Assembly: GCA_016710095.1 (NCBI GenBank)
Contig: JADJLL010000005.1
Span: 1,573 to 65,572, forward strand
Length of the DNA: 64,000 bases
Origin: Candidatus Eiseniibacteriota bacterium
GTDB taxonomy: Bacteria; Eisenbacteria; RBG-16-71-46
Direction: 5' to 3'
Below, piece after piece: positions 1 through 8,747 of this stretch (position 1 is the stretch's first letter; each line of letters begins with the position of its first letter). Position numbers and translations under genes: made by a program. The notes beneath the pieces were generated by a model. It worked only from the letters and a program-made list of their open reading frames with translations, did no database searches and was not told the DNA's origin.

Positions 1-58
1 CCGGCTGTCGGACTGTCCCGAGTACAAGGTCATCGCGGTCGAAATCGCGAAGGCGTAG
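1..58 (+). CDS. 3' end of an unidentified upstream gene (partial; ...RLSDCPEYKVIAVEIAKA, TAG 56-58)
   Basis: The frame is open from the window edge (codons start at nt 2). Third positions are G/C-rich like the real genes. Too short to assign a family. Confidence 0.3.
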   Translation, partial: RLSDCPEYKVIAVEIAKA

Positions 59-206
59 AAGAAGCAGACGATCGAACGGGCCCGGAAAGAGTGGGCCCGG
101 ACCCCGGGCGGCCCGTCCGTGAACGGGCCCGCCGCAATTCGGCAATGCGCGGGCCCCGGTCAGGAGCGTATGCTTCCTGTTTCAGGAAACTCCCCGGAGG
201 CTACCC

Positions 207-1310
207 ATGCTGAACGCCAAACCCGGCAGCACCGCGCGATTACTCCAACTGTGCGCCGGTTACTTCTTCTCATATGTCCTGACCGGCATTCTCGTGAAGT
301 GGTTCACGGGCGGGCTCCACGAGCCCCGGATGTCGGACATCGCCTACCTCGTGAACAACACCGCGGGCGGCAACATCCTGGCGCTGGGCGCGGTGTTCGC
401 CCTCGGCTGGATCCCGTGGCCGTCCAAGCAGGGCGGACGCTGGCCCCGGGAGACCGGCTACATCGTCGCGAGCGGCGTCTGCACCGCCGTGATCATCCCC
501 GGCACGACGCTGCTCTACACGCTGCCCATCTCGGTCATGGTCGCCATGGTGATCATGCGCGGCAGCATCATCGTGATCAGCCGCCTCATCGACGCCGTGC
601 AGATCAAGCAGGGCATCCTGAAGCGCAAGGTGTACGGCGAGGAGAACTGGGCGGTCGTGTTCGCGCTGCTCGCCGTGGGCGCCAACCTGCTGCCCGTGCC
701 GCTGGCTCCGTGGTTCGAACAGAACCCGGCCGTCGCCAAGATGCTCGGCATCGATCCCGCGAAGCTCAAGGGCGGGTTCGATTTCGTGCACAACCCGCTG
801 GCCATGTGGGTGCTCGGCGCGTACATCGTGTCGTACGCCGTGCGGCTCTACCTGATGAACTACTTCAAGAACACGCGCAAGGGCCCGGCCGACGTGGACA
901 ACCGCGGGTACTTCGCGCTCGAGCAGCTCGCGGCCAGCGCGGTGATCTTCGGCACGGCGATGGTCGTCTGGCTGGGCGTGAAGTCGTGGGGCTGGTCCGA
1001 CCCGCGCCTCGTGCTCACGCACGACGCGGTGCAGGCGCCCAACCTGGCCGCGGTCGTCAGCGGCTTCCCCTACGGACTCGTCGCGTTCTTCAGCGTCTTC
1101 CTGTTCATGTTCCAGGGACGCACGGCGACGTTCGCGGGACTCGTCAATCGCATCACGTCGCTGCTCGCGGGCACGACGTCCACGCTGCTGCTCGCGTGGT
1201 TCTTCCACCTCAAGCCGCCGGCCGTCACCGACTGGGTGTCGTTCCTGTTCATCGTCGGCGCGGTCGCGTTCCTGTCGCGCGCGGAACAGCGCCGGGTCGC
1301 GGAAGGCTAG
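207..1310 (+). CDS. polytopic integral membrane protein, function unknown (transporter-like topology)
   Basis: ATG 207 is preceded by GGAGG (194-198). The 367-aa product has many hydrophobic helices (e.g. LLQLCAGYFFSYVLTGILV, VFLFMFQG..., VSFLFIVGAVAFL). No family motif recognised with certainty. Confidence 0.75.
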   Translation: MLNAKPGSTARLLQLCAGYFFSYVLTGILVKWFTGGLHEPRMSDIAYLVNNTAGGNILALGAVFALGWIPWPSKQGGRWPRETGYIVASGVCTAVIIPGTTLLYTLPISVMVAMVIMRGSIIVISRLIDAVQIKQGILKRKVYGEENWAVVFALLAVGANLLPVPLAPWFEQNPAVAKMLGIDPAKLKGGFDFVHNPLAMWVLGAYIVSYAVRLYLMNYFKNTRKGPADVDNRGYFALEQLAASAVIFGTAMVVWLGVKSWGWSDPRLVLTHDAVQAPNLAAVVSGFPYGLVAFFSVFLFMFQGRTATFAGLVNRITSLLAGTTSTLLLAWFFHLKPPAVTDWVSFLFIVGAVAFLSRAEQRRVAEG

Positions 1311-1317
1311 AAGCCGC

Positions 1318-1728
1318 TCAACGCGCCTTCGGCGCCTTCGAAACGTGCTTGGCGGAAGCGGGTCGTCGCGTCGCGCGAGGGCCCGCTTTCGCTTGCGGCG
1401 CGGAAGGCTCGACCCAGTCGTGGCTCCAGTCGCCGATCGCGCCGAACACGCGCGAGAGCGCCTGCCCCTTGTCGCTGAGCGCGTACTCGATGCGCACCGG
1501 CGAGCCGTCCTGCACCGTGCGCGTGACCACGCCCTCGCTCTCGAGCTCGCGCAGGCGCGCCGAGAGCATGGGGTCGGTGATGCCGGGGATGCCTTCGCGC
1601 AGCTCGCAGAACCGGGTCGCGCCGTTCTGGAGCAGGAACAGGATCGCGCCGTTCCAACGACGGCCGATCAGCTCCACGGCGTACTGGAAACGCGGGCACA
1701 GCCCCGAATCGAGGGAGGGCTTCTTCAT
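1318..1728 (-). CDS. HxlR-family winged-helix transcriptional regulator
   Basis: CPRFQYAVELIGRRWNGAILFLL...TRFCELREGIPGITDPMLSARLRELESEGVV...YALSDKG is the classic HxlR/MarR-like wHTH signature. It is divergent from a nitroreductase gene, a common pairing. Confidence 0.9.
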   Translation of the reverse strand: MKKPSLDSGLCPRFQYAVELIGRRWNGAILFLLQNGATRFCELREGIPGITDPMLSARLRELESEGVVTRTVQDGSPVRIEYALSDKGQALSRVFGAIGDWSHDWVEPSAPQAKAGPRATRRPASAKHVSKAPKAR

Positions 1729-1761
1729 GTGCCCAGAGTATCGGCGCGGGCGGGCCCGGGG

Positions 1762-1776
1762 CTAGGGAAAACCTAG
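1762..1776. promoter_or_regulatory. CTAGG-N5-CCTAG inverted repeat next to an AT-rich stretch (1781-1800); candidate HxlR operator/divergent promoter region
   Basis: Read directly: ctagggaaaacctag followed by tatctttttttaagtttatt, which is unusual in this GC-rich DNA. It lies between the divergent genes 1318-1728(-) and 1899-2516(+). Confidence 0.3.
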
Positions 1777-1898
1777 CCACTATCTTTTTTTAAGTTTATT
1801 CGCACCCGCATGGCGAGAGGTCCATCTCACGGTGTGCGCGCGCCGTTCACTGCCAGCGAAGGGCCACATCCGACAAGCCACAAAGATCGAGGCATTTC

Positions 1899-2516
1899 AT
1901 GTCCGCCACGCTCCCCACGCTCAGCGTCACCGAAGCCGCGCAGCACCGCCGTTCCATTCGCGCCTATCAGGGCGGCCCGATTCCGCAGGCCGACCTCGAC
2001 GCCATTCTCGAGGCCACGTCCCTCGCGCCGTCCGCCTTCAACCTGCAGCCGTGGCGCTTCGTGGTCGTGAGCGACCCCGCGACGAAGGCGAAGCTCGCCG
2101 AGGCCGCGTACCGCCAGCCGCAGGTGACCGCGGCGCCGTCCGTGATCGTGCTCTACACCGACATGGCCGACACGCTCGCGACGCTCGACGAACTCGTGCG
2201 CCCGGGCACTCCGCCGGAGAAGGCCGAGAAGTTCACGAACATGATCCGCGGCATCTACGGACCGCAGACCGAAGAGCAGCGCGAGACGTGGGCCGCGGGC
2301 CAGGGCTTCATCGCGCTCGGCTTCCTGCTCCTCGCCGCCGAGGCGCACGGCTATGCGACCTCGCCGATGGGCGGGTTCGAGCCCGAGAAGGTGAAGGCGC
2401 TGCTCGGCCTGCCCGCAAACGCGCGCCTTCCCGCACTCGTCGCGATCGGCCGCGCCGCCGAAGAGGGCGCGCCGCATCACCGCCATCCGCTTCACCGCAT
2501 CGTGCGCCACGCCTGA
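1899..2516 (+). CDS. nitroreductase family protein
   Basis: RRSIRAYQ...ILEATSLAPSAFNLQPWRFVVV...GFIALGFLLLAAEAHGYATSPMGGF matches the NAD(P)H-flavin nitroreductase fold signature. Confidence 0.9.
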   Translation: MSATLPTLSVTEAAQHRRSIRAYQGGPIPQADLDAILEATSLAPSAFNLQPWRFVVVSDPATKAKLAEAAYRQPQVTAAPSVIVLYTDMADTLATLDELVRPGTPPEKAEKFTNMIRGIYGPQTEEQRETWAAGQGFIALGFLLLAAEAHGYATSPMGGFEPEKVKALLGLPANARLPALVAIGRAAEEGAPHHRHPLHRIVRHA

Positions 2517-2542
2517 CTTCCCCCGGGGCGAGGAACGCGAAA

Positions 2543-2567
2543 GGCCGGTGGCAGTACGCCACCGGCC
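2543..2567 (+). terminator. GC-rich hairpin after the nitroreductase gene (GGCCGGTGGC-agtac-GCCACCGGCC), weak T tail
   Basis: A 10-bp perfect stem read from the sequence. A second small hairpin, GCGGCC-tcc-GGCCGC, lies at 2585-2599 facing the convergent gene. Confidence 0.45.
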
Positions 2568-2616
2568 TCTTGCATGTGAAGCACGCGGCCTCCGGCCGCG
2601 GGTGCCGTGAGTGCCC

Positions 2617-4858
2617 CTAGGCCTTCGCCGCCGCGCGCACCAGCACGCGGGCGTCGAGCGCGATGCAGCCCTTGCCCGGCGCCTGCACCTTGAGCGGGTT
2701 CAGGTCCATCTCCGCGATCTCGGGGAACTCGCCGACCAGCTGCGAGAGCCGCAGGATCACTTCCTCGAGCTGCGCGACGTCGCCCGGAGGGGCGCCGCGA
2801 TAGCCGTCGAGCAGCTTCGCACCGCGAATGGCGCGCACCATCTCGGCCGCGTCCTTGTCCGTGAGCGGATGCACGCGCAGCGCGACGTCCTTGAGCAGCT
2901 CGACCTGCACGCCGCCGAGGCCGAACAGGATGAGCGGGCCGAACGACGGATCGCGCGTCATGCCCACGATCGTCTCGATGCCTTCGCGGATCATCGGCTG
3001 CACCGTCACGCCCTGCATCTGGTCGCGCTTGCCGATCGCGACGAGCTTCGCCTCGATCGCGACGAACGCGTCACGCACGTCCTTCGAGTTGCGCAGGTCG
3101 AGCCGCACGCCGCCGACGTCGCTCTTGTGCGTGATCGTGTCGCTCGCGAGCTTGACCGCGACCGGGAACCCGAGCCGCTCGGCCGACGTGACCGCTTCGT
3201 CGGCCGAACGCGCGAACGCGATCGCCGGCGTCGTGATGCGCCACGCGGCGAGCAGCCACGCGACTTCGTCCGGCGTGAGCCACGAGCTGCCGTCCCCGGC
3301 CGCGCCGCGCGCGAGCGCCTGGTCGATCAGCTGGCGCGTCGCGCCGCGATCGACGTCGGTGAACTCGGGCACCTTGCCGTCGGGCGACTTCAGCCACTCG
3401 CCGTACTTCACCGCGCGCGCGAGCGCGATGGCCGCGGCTTCCGGGGAACGTGTACGACGGAATGTGCCCGGCCTGGAGCGACTTCAAGCCCTCGGGCACG
3501 CCGTGCGAGCCGAGGAAGCACGACAGCACCGGCTTCGGGCCCTGACCGGCCGCCGCGCGGTCGGCCTTCGCCTCTTCGTTGCCGCGCACGATCGCCTGCG
3601 CGATCTCGAGCGGGTTCGTCACGATCGGCGGCACGTAGAGCACGATGAGCGAGTCCACGTTCGGATCGTTCGCGACGATGCGCACGGCCTTCTCGAACGA
3701 CTCGGCCGTCGCCGACGCGATCATGTCGACGGGATTGCGGACGCTCGCCTCGGCGGGCAGGAACGCCTGCAGCGCCTTGCGCGTCTCCTCGGTGAGCGCG
3801 ACGACCTCGATGCCGTTCGATTCGCACGCGTCGGTCGCCATGATGGCCGGCCCGCCCGCGTTCGTGATGATGCCGACGCGGTTGCCGGTCGGGACCGGCT
3901 GGTTCGCGAGCACCATGGCCACGTCGAACATCTCTTCCATCGTGTCGGTGCGGATGACGCCCGCCTGATGGCAGAGCGCGGTGACCGCCGAGTCCGTGCC
4001 CGCGAGCGAGCCCGTGTGCGACGACGCCGCGCGCATGCCGGCGGCGGTACGGCCGCTCTTCACCGCGACGATCGGCTTCGTGCGGCCGACGCGGCGCGCG
4101 ATCTCGAGGAAGCGGCGCGGATTGCCGAACGACTCCAGGTAGAGCAGCACCATGCTCGTGTTCGGGTCGCGCTCCCAGAACTCGAGCAGGTCGTTGCCCG
4201 AGACGTCGGCCTTGTTGCCGACGGACACGAAGTGCGAGATGCCGATGTTGAGCGCGGTCGCGTACTCGAGAATCGCGAGTCCGAGCGCGCCGCTCTGCGA
4301 CGAGAACGCGACCGTGCCCGCGGGCGGGTACGGCGGCGCGAACGTCGCGTCCATGGACGTGCCCGGCTCGGTGTTGAGCACGCCGAGGCAGTTCGGCCCG
4401 ATCACGCGCATGCCGTAGCGGCGCGCGATCTGCACCATGTCGCGCTCGCGCTGCACGCCTTCGCCGCCGACTTCCTTGAAGCCGGCGCTGATCACGACCG
4501 CGGCCTTCACGCCCTTCTTGCCGCAGTCCTCGAGCGTCTGGTTCACGAACTTCGCCGGCACGACCATGACCGCGAGATCCACCGCCTCGGGCACGTCCGC
4601 GATCGTCGGGTACGCGCGCACGCTCTGCACGACCGCCGACTTCGGGTTCACCGGATAGATCGGACCCTGGAAGTCGTGCTTGAGGAGGTTGTGGAACAGC
4701 GCGCCGCCGACCGTGCTGCGGTCGCGCGAGGCGCCGATCACGGCGATGGACTTCGGGCGGAAGACCGCTTCGAGTCCCGCGCCGCCGGGAGGCTTGGGAA
4801 GGATCGCGTCGGCCGCGGGAACCCGCGGCGCGCTCGTGACGACTTCGGACTTGCTCAT
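2617..4858 (-). CDS. ADP-forming acetyl-CoA synthetase / acetate--CoA ligase family protein (CoA-binding + ligase-CoA + ATP-grasp); frameshifted as sequenced near 3441-3446
   Basis: The N-terminal part is ORF 3071..4858 (SIAVIGASRD...GPIYPVNPK...VVISAGFKE...). The C-terminal ATP-grasp part is ORF 2617..3411 (GFPVAVKLASDTITHKSDVGGV...EMDLNPL). The junction reads YTFP|EAAAIALARAVKYGEW only if one C/G is removed from the run at 3441-3446. GAGG RBS before ATG 4858. Confidence 0.85.
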
Positions 4859-5103
4859 GGAAACCTCGGCCTGCGGAAAGGCGCCGCGATGGGCGCTCGG
4901 ATATCGGATCTCATCGCTCCGCGACGCCTGCTTCGGCCTGCGCCGCGTGACCGCGCCAGTCTAACCGCGCGTTCCGTGTTCGCGCACCGTCGTCACGCCG
5001 CGGGTCCTTCGGGACCATGCGCGGAATCCCCGCGAAAGACGCGGCCCCGCCGACGGTATCGGCGGGGCCGCGGACAACTCTTGGAAAAGTCTGGCGGTGC
5101 GCG

Positions 5104-7512
5104 CTACTCGACGACCATCACGCGCCGCGTCGCCGTGAAGCCCGGCGCTTCGAGCCGCGCCAGGTAGAGCCCCGGCGCGAGGCCGTCGCCGCGCAGTGCG
5201 ACCGAGTGCGCGCCGGCTTCACGCGCGCCGTCCACCAGCGCGCGCACCATGCGGCCCTGCGCGTCGTAGAGCGCGAGCTTCGTGTGGCCGCCGACCGCGA
5301 GCGAGAACCGCAGCGTGCTCGTCGCACCGCCGCGCAGCGGGTTCGGAGCGGGCGCGGCGAACTCCGCGCGCGCCGCCGGGCCATCACCGACGCCCAGCGT
5401 GCCCGACGGCATCAGCGTCGCGACCGGCGACTCGTTGCCGTGGATGTCCACCGCCGTGAGCTTGTAGAAGTACGGCGTGGAGCCGCCCGCCACGTAGCCC
5501 GTGTCGCTCACCGCCGCGACCAGCGTCGCCGGCGACGGCGTGAACGAGACGGAAGTGCCGCGATACACGCGATAACCCGCGAGGTCGGCTTCGGCGTTCG
5601 GGTTCCAGTGCAGCGCGGTACCGCTCGCCGAGTACTGGCCGGTCAGCGGCGCGGGCGCGGCCGGAGCGACGTTGTCGACCGAGTAGCCCGAGTCCGCGTT
5701 GCTCGTCCACCACGACGAGCCGTAGTTCGCGAGCGCCATGATCATGAACGCGGTCTTCTTGTTCGAGCCACCCATCGAGTCGCCCTCGGTCGCCGCCACG
5801 TAGCTGTACGTGGACAGGTGCCGCGGCGTGACGTGCGCGAGCTCTTCCCAGAAGTAGTCCTGCGCGGCGTAGGTCGTGCGCAGGTAGCGCTTGCCGTTCA
5901 GCGACACGCCGTCCTCGGCCGCCGCGCCGGCGGTCGCGGCCGCGCGTGCGAGCTGCGCGACGAGCGCCGTGGGCACCGAGCGATACACGACGTAGTCCGA
6001 GATGTTGCGGTAGGCCGGGTCCGTGTCGAGAGGGCTGCCGTACCACGACACCTTCACCTGCCCACCCTGGTCGTTCGGGATGTCCTTCACGCTCGCGAGG
6101 ATCGGCTCGGCGCCCGAGTAGCCCCACTCGTCGAGCTTCTGCAGGCGGCAGCCCCAGGGCGAGTTGTAGTAGTCGTCCCATGCCACGTACGCGCCGCCGT
6201 TGCCCGTGGGAACGAGCCACGCGTTGGCCTGCGAGCTCGGCCCCGAGCCCACGACGAGGCCGTTGGCCGCCCAGAGCGGCGAGCCCGAGCTCGAGAGGCG
6301 CTGCGCGTACACGTCGGAGATGTCGCTTCGCGAATCCTGCCAGACGATCAGGATGCCGCCCTGACCGTCGGGCACGGCGCGAACGTAGCTCACGGCGCCG
6401 TTCGCGACGCGGATCGGCATGCCACACCGAACTCCATTGCGCGACGCCCGCCTGATCGAGCTTCTGGACGTACAGATCGGAGATCCGCCGCCGCGGCGCT
6501 GGTCACCCCACAGGAGCACGAGATGCCCGGCCGGATCCACCAGCATCTCGCTCAAGAACTGGGTGCTCGTCGCATTGCAGACCACGCTGCCGTTCGGGGC
6601 CCAGAACGGCGAGGTCGAGAAGTTGGAGAAGCTCGCCGCATAGACGTCGAAGTCCGCGCCACGCAGGTCCGACCAGCTGACGAAGTAGCGGTTCGACTTC
6701 GGCAGCGTGATGCGTGGCTCGAGTTGCGACCCCGCCGCGTCACAGAGCACGGCGCCGTTTGCGGCGTAGATCAGGAACCCGCTGTAGCCCACCACCTGCG
6801 TGTAGATGTCCGAGCCTCCCGAGCGCGAGTCCTGCCAGACGATGTGCGCGTAGCCGTTGTCGTCCACCTCGAAATCGGGGGCGCGCTGGTCGCCCGCCGC
6901 GTTGCAGACCACCTGCCCGTCCGCGGCAAGACTGGGGGCGCCGCCGAAGACCGAGAGGGCCTGAGCGTAGATGTCGTTCCCCGTCGTGCCGGAGTTGCGC
7001 GGATCCGTCCAGACGAACCAGGCCAAGCCTGCATTCGACTCGACTCTCAGCCCCGTCTGATTGCCCGTCGCCGTGCAGATGGGGACGCCGTTCGCCGCCC
7101 ACTGGGTCGCGCCGCCCTCGACGCGCTGCGCGTAGAAATCCGCTTGGCCGCCGGTGCGGTAGTCCTCCCAGGCGACGATGCACCCTCCGTAGGTGTCCGA
7201 GAAGAGCGCTGCCGGAAACTGGGAATCCGGCGCGCCGCAGACGAGCACGCCGGGCGCGGCGTACATCGCCGCGCCGGAAGCGTCGAAGCGCTGCACGTAG
7301 AGGTCGTAGCTCGACGACGAGGCGGAAAACAGGTTGAACGCCACGTACGTGCCGCCGTAGCCGTCGGGGCAAGTCCGCACGGAACTGGAGTACGACTGGA
7401 CGACCACGCCGAGCTTGTCGTGCGGCCACGCGGCCACGGCGACGGACGGGAGCGCCGCGGACGCGAACAGCGCGCCGAGCACGAAGAGGGTCATGCGCTT
7501 GCGAAGGGACAT
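5104..7512 (-). CDS. exported multi-repeat (beta-propeller-like) protein with FN3-like module and C-terminal FlgD-Ig/T9SS-like sorting domain
   Basis: Signal peptide MSLRKRMTLFVLGALFASAALPSVAVA. There are 7-8 repeats of about 52 aa with the motif W-x-D-x-R-x-G-x-x-D-[IVL]-Y-[AVT]-Q...W..NG. An FN3-like stretch (APAAPAPLTG...LHWNPN...GYRVYRG) follows. The tail is NPLRGG..LRFSL...LALYDAQGRMVRAL...GLYLARLEA. Confidence 0.85.
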   Translation of the reverse strand: MSLRKRMTLFVLGALFASAALPSVAVAAWPHDKLGVVVQSYSSSVRTCPDGYGGTYVAFNLFSASSSSYDLYVQRFDASGAAMYAAPGVLVCGAPDSQFPAALFSDTYGGCIVAWEDYRTGGQADFYAQRVEGGATQWAANGVPICTATGNQTGLRVESNAGLAWFVWTDPRNSGTTGNDIYAQALSVFGGAPSLAADGQVVCNAAGDQRAPDFEVDDNGYAHIVWQDSRSGGSDIYTQVVGYSGFLIYAANGAVLCDAAGSQLEPRITLPKSNRYFVSWSDLRGADFDVYAASFSNFSTSPFWAPNGSVVCNATSTQFLSEMLVDPAGHLVLLWGDQRRGGGSPICTSRSSIRRASRNGVRCGMPIRVANGAVSYVRAVPDGQGGILIVWQDSRSDISDVYAQRLSSSGSPLWAANGLVVGSGPSSQANAWLVPTGNGGAYVAWDDYYNSPWGCRLQKLDEWGYSGAEPILASVKDIPNDQGGQVKVSWYGSPLDTDPAYRNISDYVVYRSVPTALVAQLARAAATAGAAAEDGVSLNGKRYLRTTYAAQDYFWEELAHVTPRHLSTYSYVAATEGDSMGGSNKKTAFMIMALANYGSSWWTSNADSGYSVDNVAPAAPAPLTGQYSASGTALHWNPNAEADLAGYRVYRGTSVSFTPSPATLVAAVSDTGYVAGGSTPYFYKLTAVDIHGNESPVATLMPSGTLGVGDGPAARAEFAAPAPNPLRGGATSTLRFSLAVGGHTKLALYDAQGRMVRALVDGAREAGAHSVALRGDGLAPGLYLARLEAPGFTATRRVMVVE

Positions 7513-7678
7513 GGAGGGGCCTCCGTGGAGTGGCGATTCCGGAACCGGAAGCGTGGCACGAGGTAGGACAATCGAAAAGAGCGTCCGTCACGGAACGAGC
7601 CGATTTTCCCGTGATAGAGTGCCGGCCGGCCGCCCTCGACACGCAGACCGCAAGCCCTCTTGCAGGAAGCCACGCGCC

Positions 7679-8668
7679 ATGACCACGAAACGCCCCGCCC
7701 TCTTCCTCGCCTCCGCGCTGCTCGCGCTCGCCGCGCTCAGCGGCTGCGGCGTCGTCGGCCAGCAGACCGGCAATCGCGTCGGCGACACCGCCGGCGACCA
7801 TCTCGTCGCCTACGTCGCCGAGCGCAGCGGCAACTCCGACATCGGGCTCTACGACCTCGACGCCGGCGGCTTCCGCGGTCTGCCGAACATGAACAGCACG
7901 ACGGCCGCCGATCTCGAGCCGACGATCTCCGAGGACGGCTACCTGCTCGCGTTCACGAGCCAGCGTTCGAGCGGCCTCGGCAGCGCGGGCGGCACCGACA
8001 TCTGCATCTACGGCCGCGGCAGCGAGTCGCTGCTCGAGGTGCCGAACCTCAACACCGCAGCGAACGAGACCGCGCCGCGCTTCGCCTACGACAACGTGAA
8101 GCTCGCGTTCGTGCGCGACTCGTCGAGCTGGAAGCGCGTGCGGCTGTACGACCCGCGCGGCGACTCGCTCGTGAACGCGCCCGGCATCACGAGCGTCGGC
8201 GCCTGGCACGACGACCGGCCCGCGCCCGACCTGCACGGCGACCGCATCGCGTTCGTCTCCGACCGCTCCGGCGCGGACCACGTGTACGTGTGGAACCGCT
8301 CGGGCGGGCTCGCCACGCCCGCGGGCCTCACGACCGACGGGCTCGACGCCGAACCGTCGCTCTCGAGCAACGGCCGCTGGCTCGCGTTCGCGAGCACGCG
8401 CACCGGCGGCGCGGGCGGCTGGGACGTGTACCTCTACGACCTCACGAACTCGACCTTCGTGCCGCTGCCCCGGCTCAACTCGGCGGGCGACGAACGCTTC
8501 CCGGCCGTGAACGCGGCCGGCACGCGGGTGATGTTCCAGGCGCGCGCCACCTCCGGCGACGACTGGGACCTGTGGAGCTACACGCTCTCCGACTCCACGT
8601 CGCGCCAGCCCACGAACCTCTCGAGCCGCACCGAGAACGACACGCAGCCCTACCTGCGCTGGCGCTGA
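7679..8668 (+). CDS. TolB-like WD40/PD40 beta-propeller lipoprotein
   Basis: Lipobox LAALSGC. Repeated PD40-type blocks: P.IS.DG..LAF.S.R; APRFAYDNVKLAFV; DLHGDRIAFVSDRSG; EPSLSSNGRWLAFASTRTGG..DVYLYDL. Confidence 0.8.
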   Translation: MTTKRPALFLASALLALAALSGCGVVGQQTGNRVGDTAGDHLVAYVAERSGNSDIGLYDLDAGGFRGLPNMNSTTAADLEPTISEDGYLLAFTSQRSSGLGSAGGTDICIYGRGSESLLEVPNLNTAANETAPRFAYDNVKLAFVRDSSSWKRVRLYDPRGDSLVNAPGITSVGAWHDDRPAPDLHGDRIAFVSDRSGADHVYVWNRSGGLATPAGLTTDGLDAEPSLSSNGRWLAFASTRTGGAGGWDVYLYDLTNSTFVPLPRLNSAGDERFPAVNAAGTRVMFQARATSGDDWDLWSYTLSDSTSRQPTNLSSRTENDTQPYLRWR

Positions 8669-8687
8669 TCGCCCTCGGCGACGACGA

Positions 8688-8729
8688 ACGAACGCGGCGC
8701 CGGGACTGTTCCCCCGGCGCCGCGTTCGT
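8688..8729. terminator. bidirectional hairpin between convergent genes (17-bp perfect stem ACGAACGCGGCGCCGGG / CCCGGCGCCGCGTTCGT)
   Basis: Stem arms at 8688-8704 and 8713-8729 with an 8-nt loop, followed by GTTTCG. Confidence 0.7.
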
Positions 8730-8747
8730 GTTTCGGGACGGCTTCGC

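Noticed and set aside
76-125. Nested GC hairpins (ACGGGCC...GGCCCGT, GCCCGG-acc-CCGGGC) after the partial upstream gene as a terminator.
   Set aside because: There is no T tract and several alternative pairings, so it is indistinguishable from chance structure in GC-rich DNA. Not reported as a feature.
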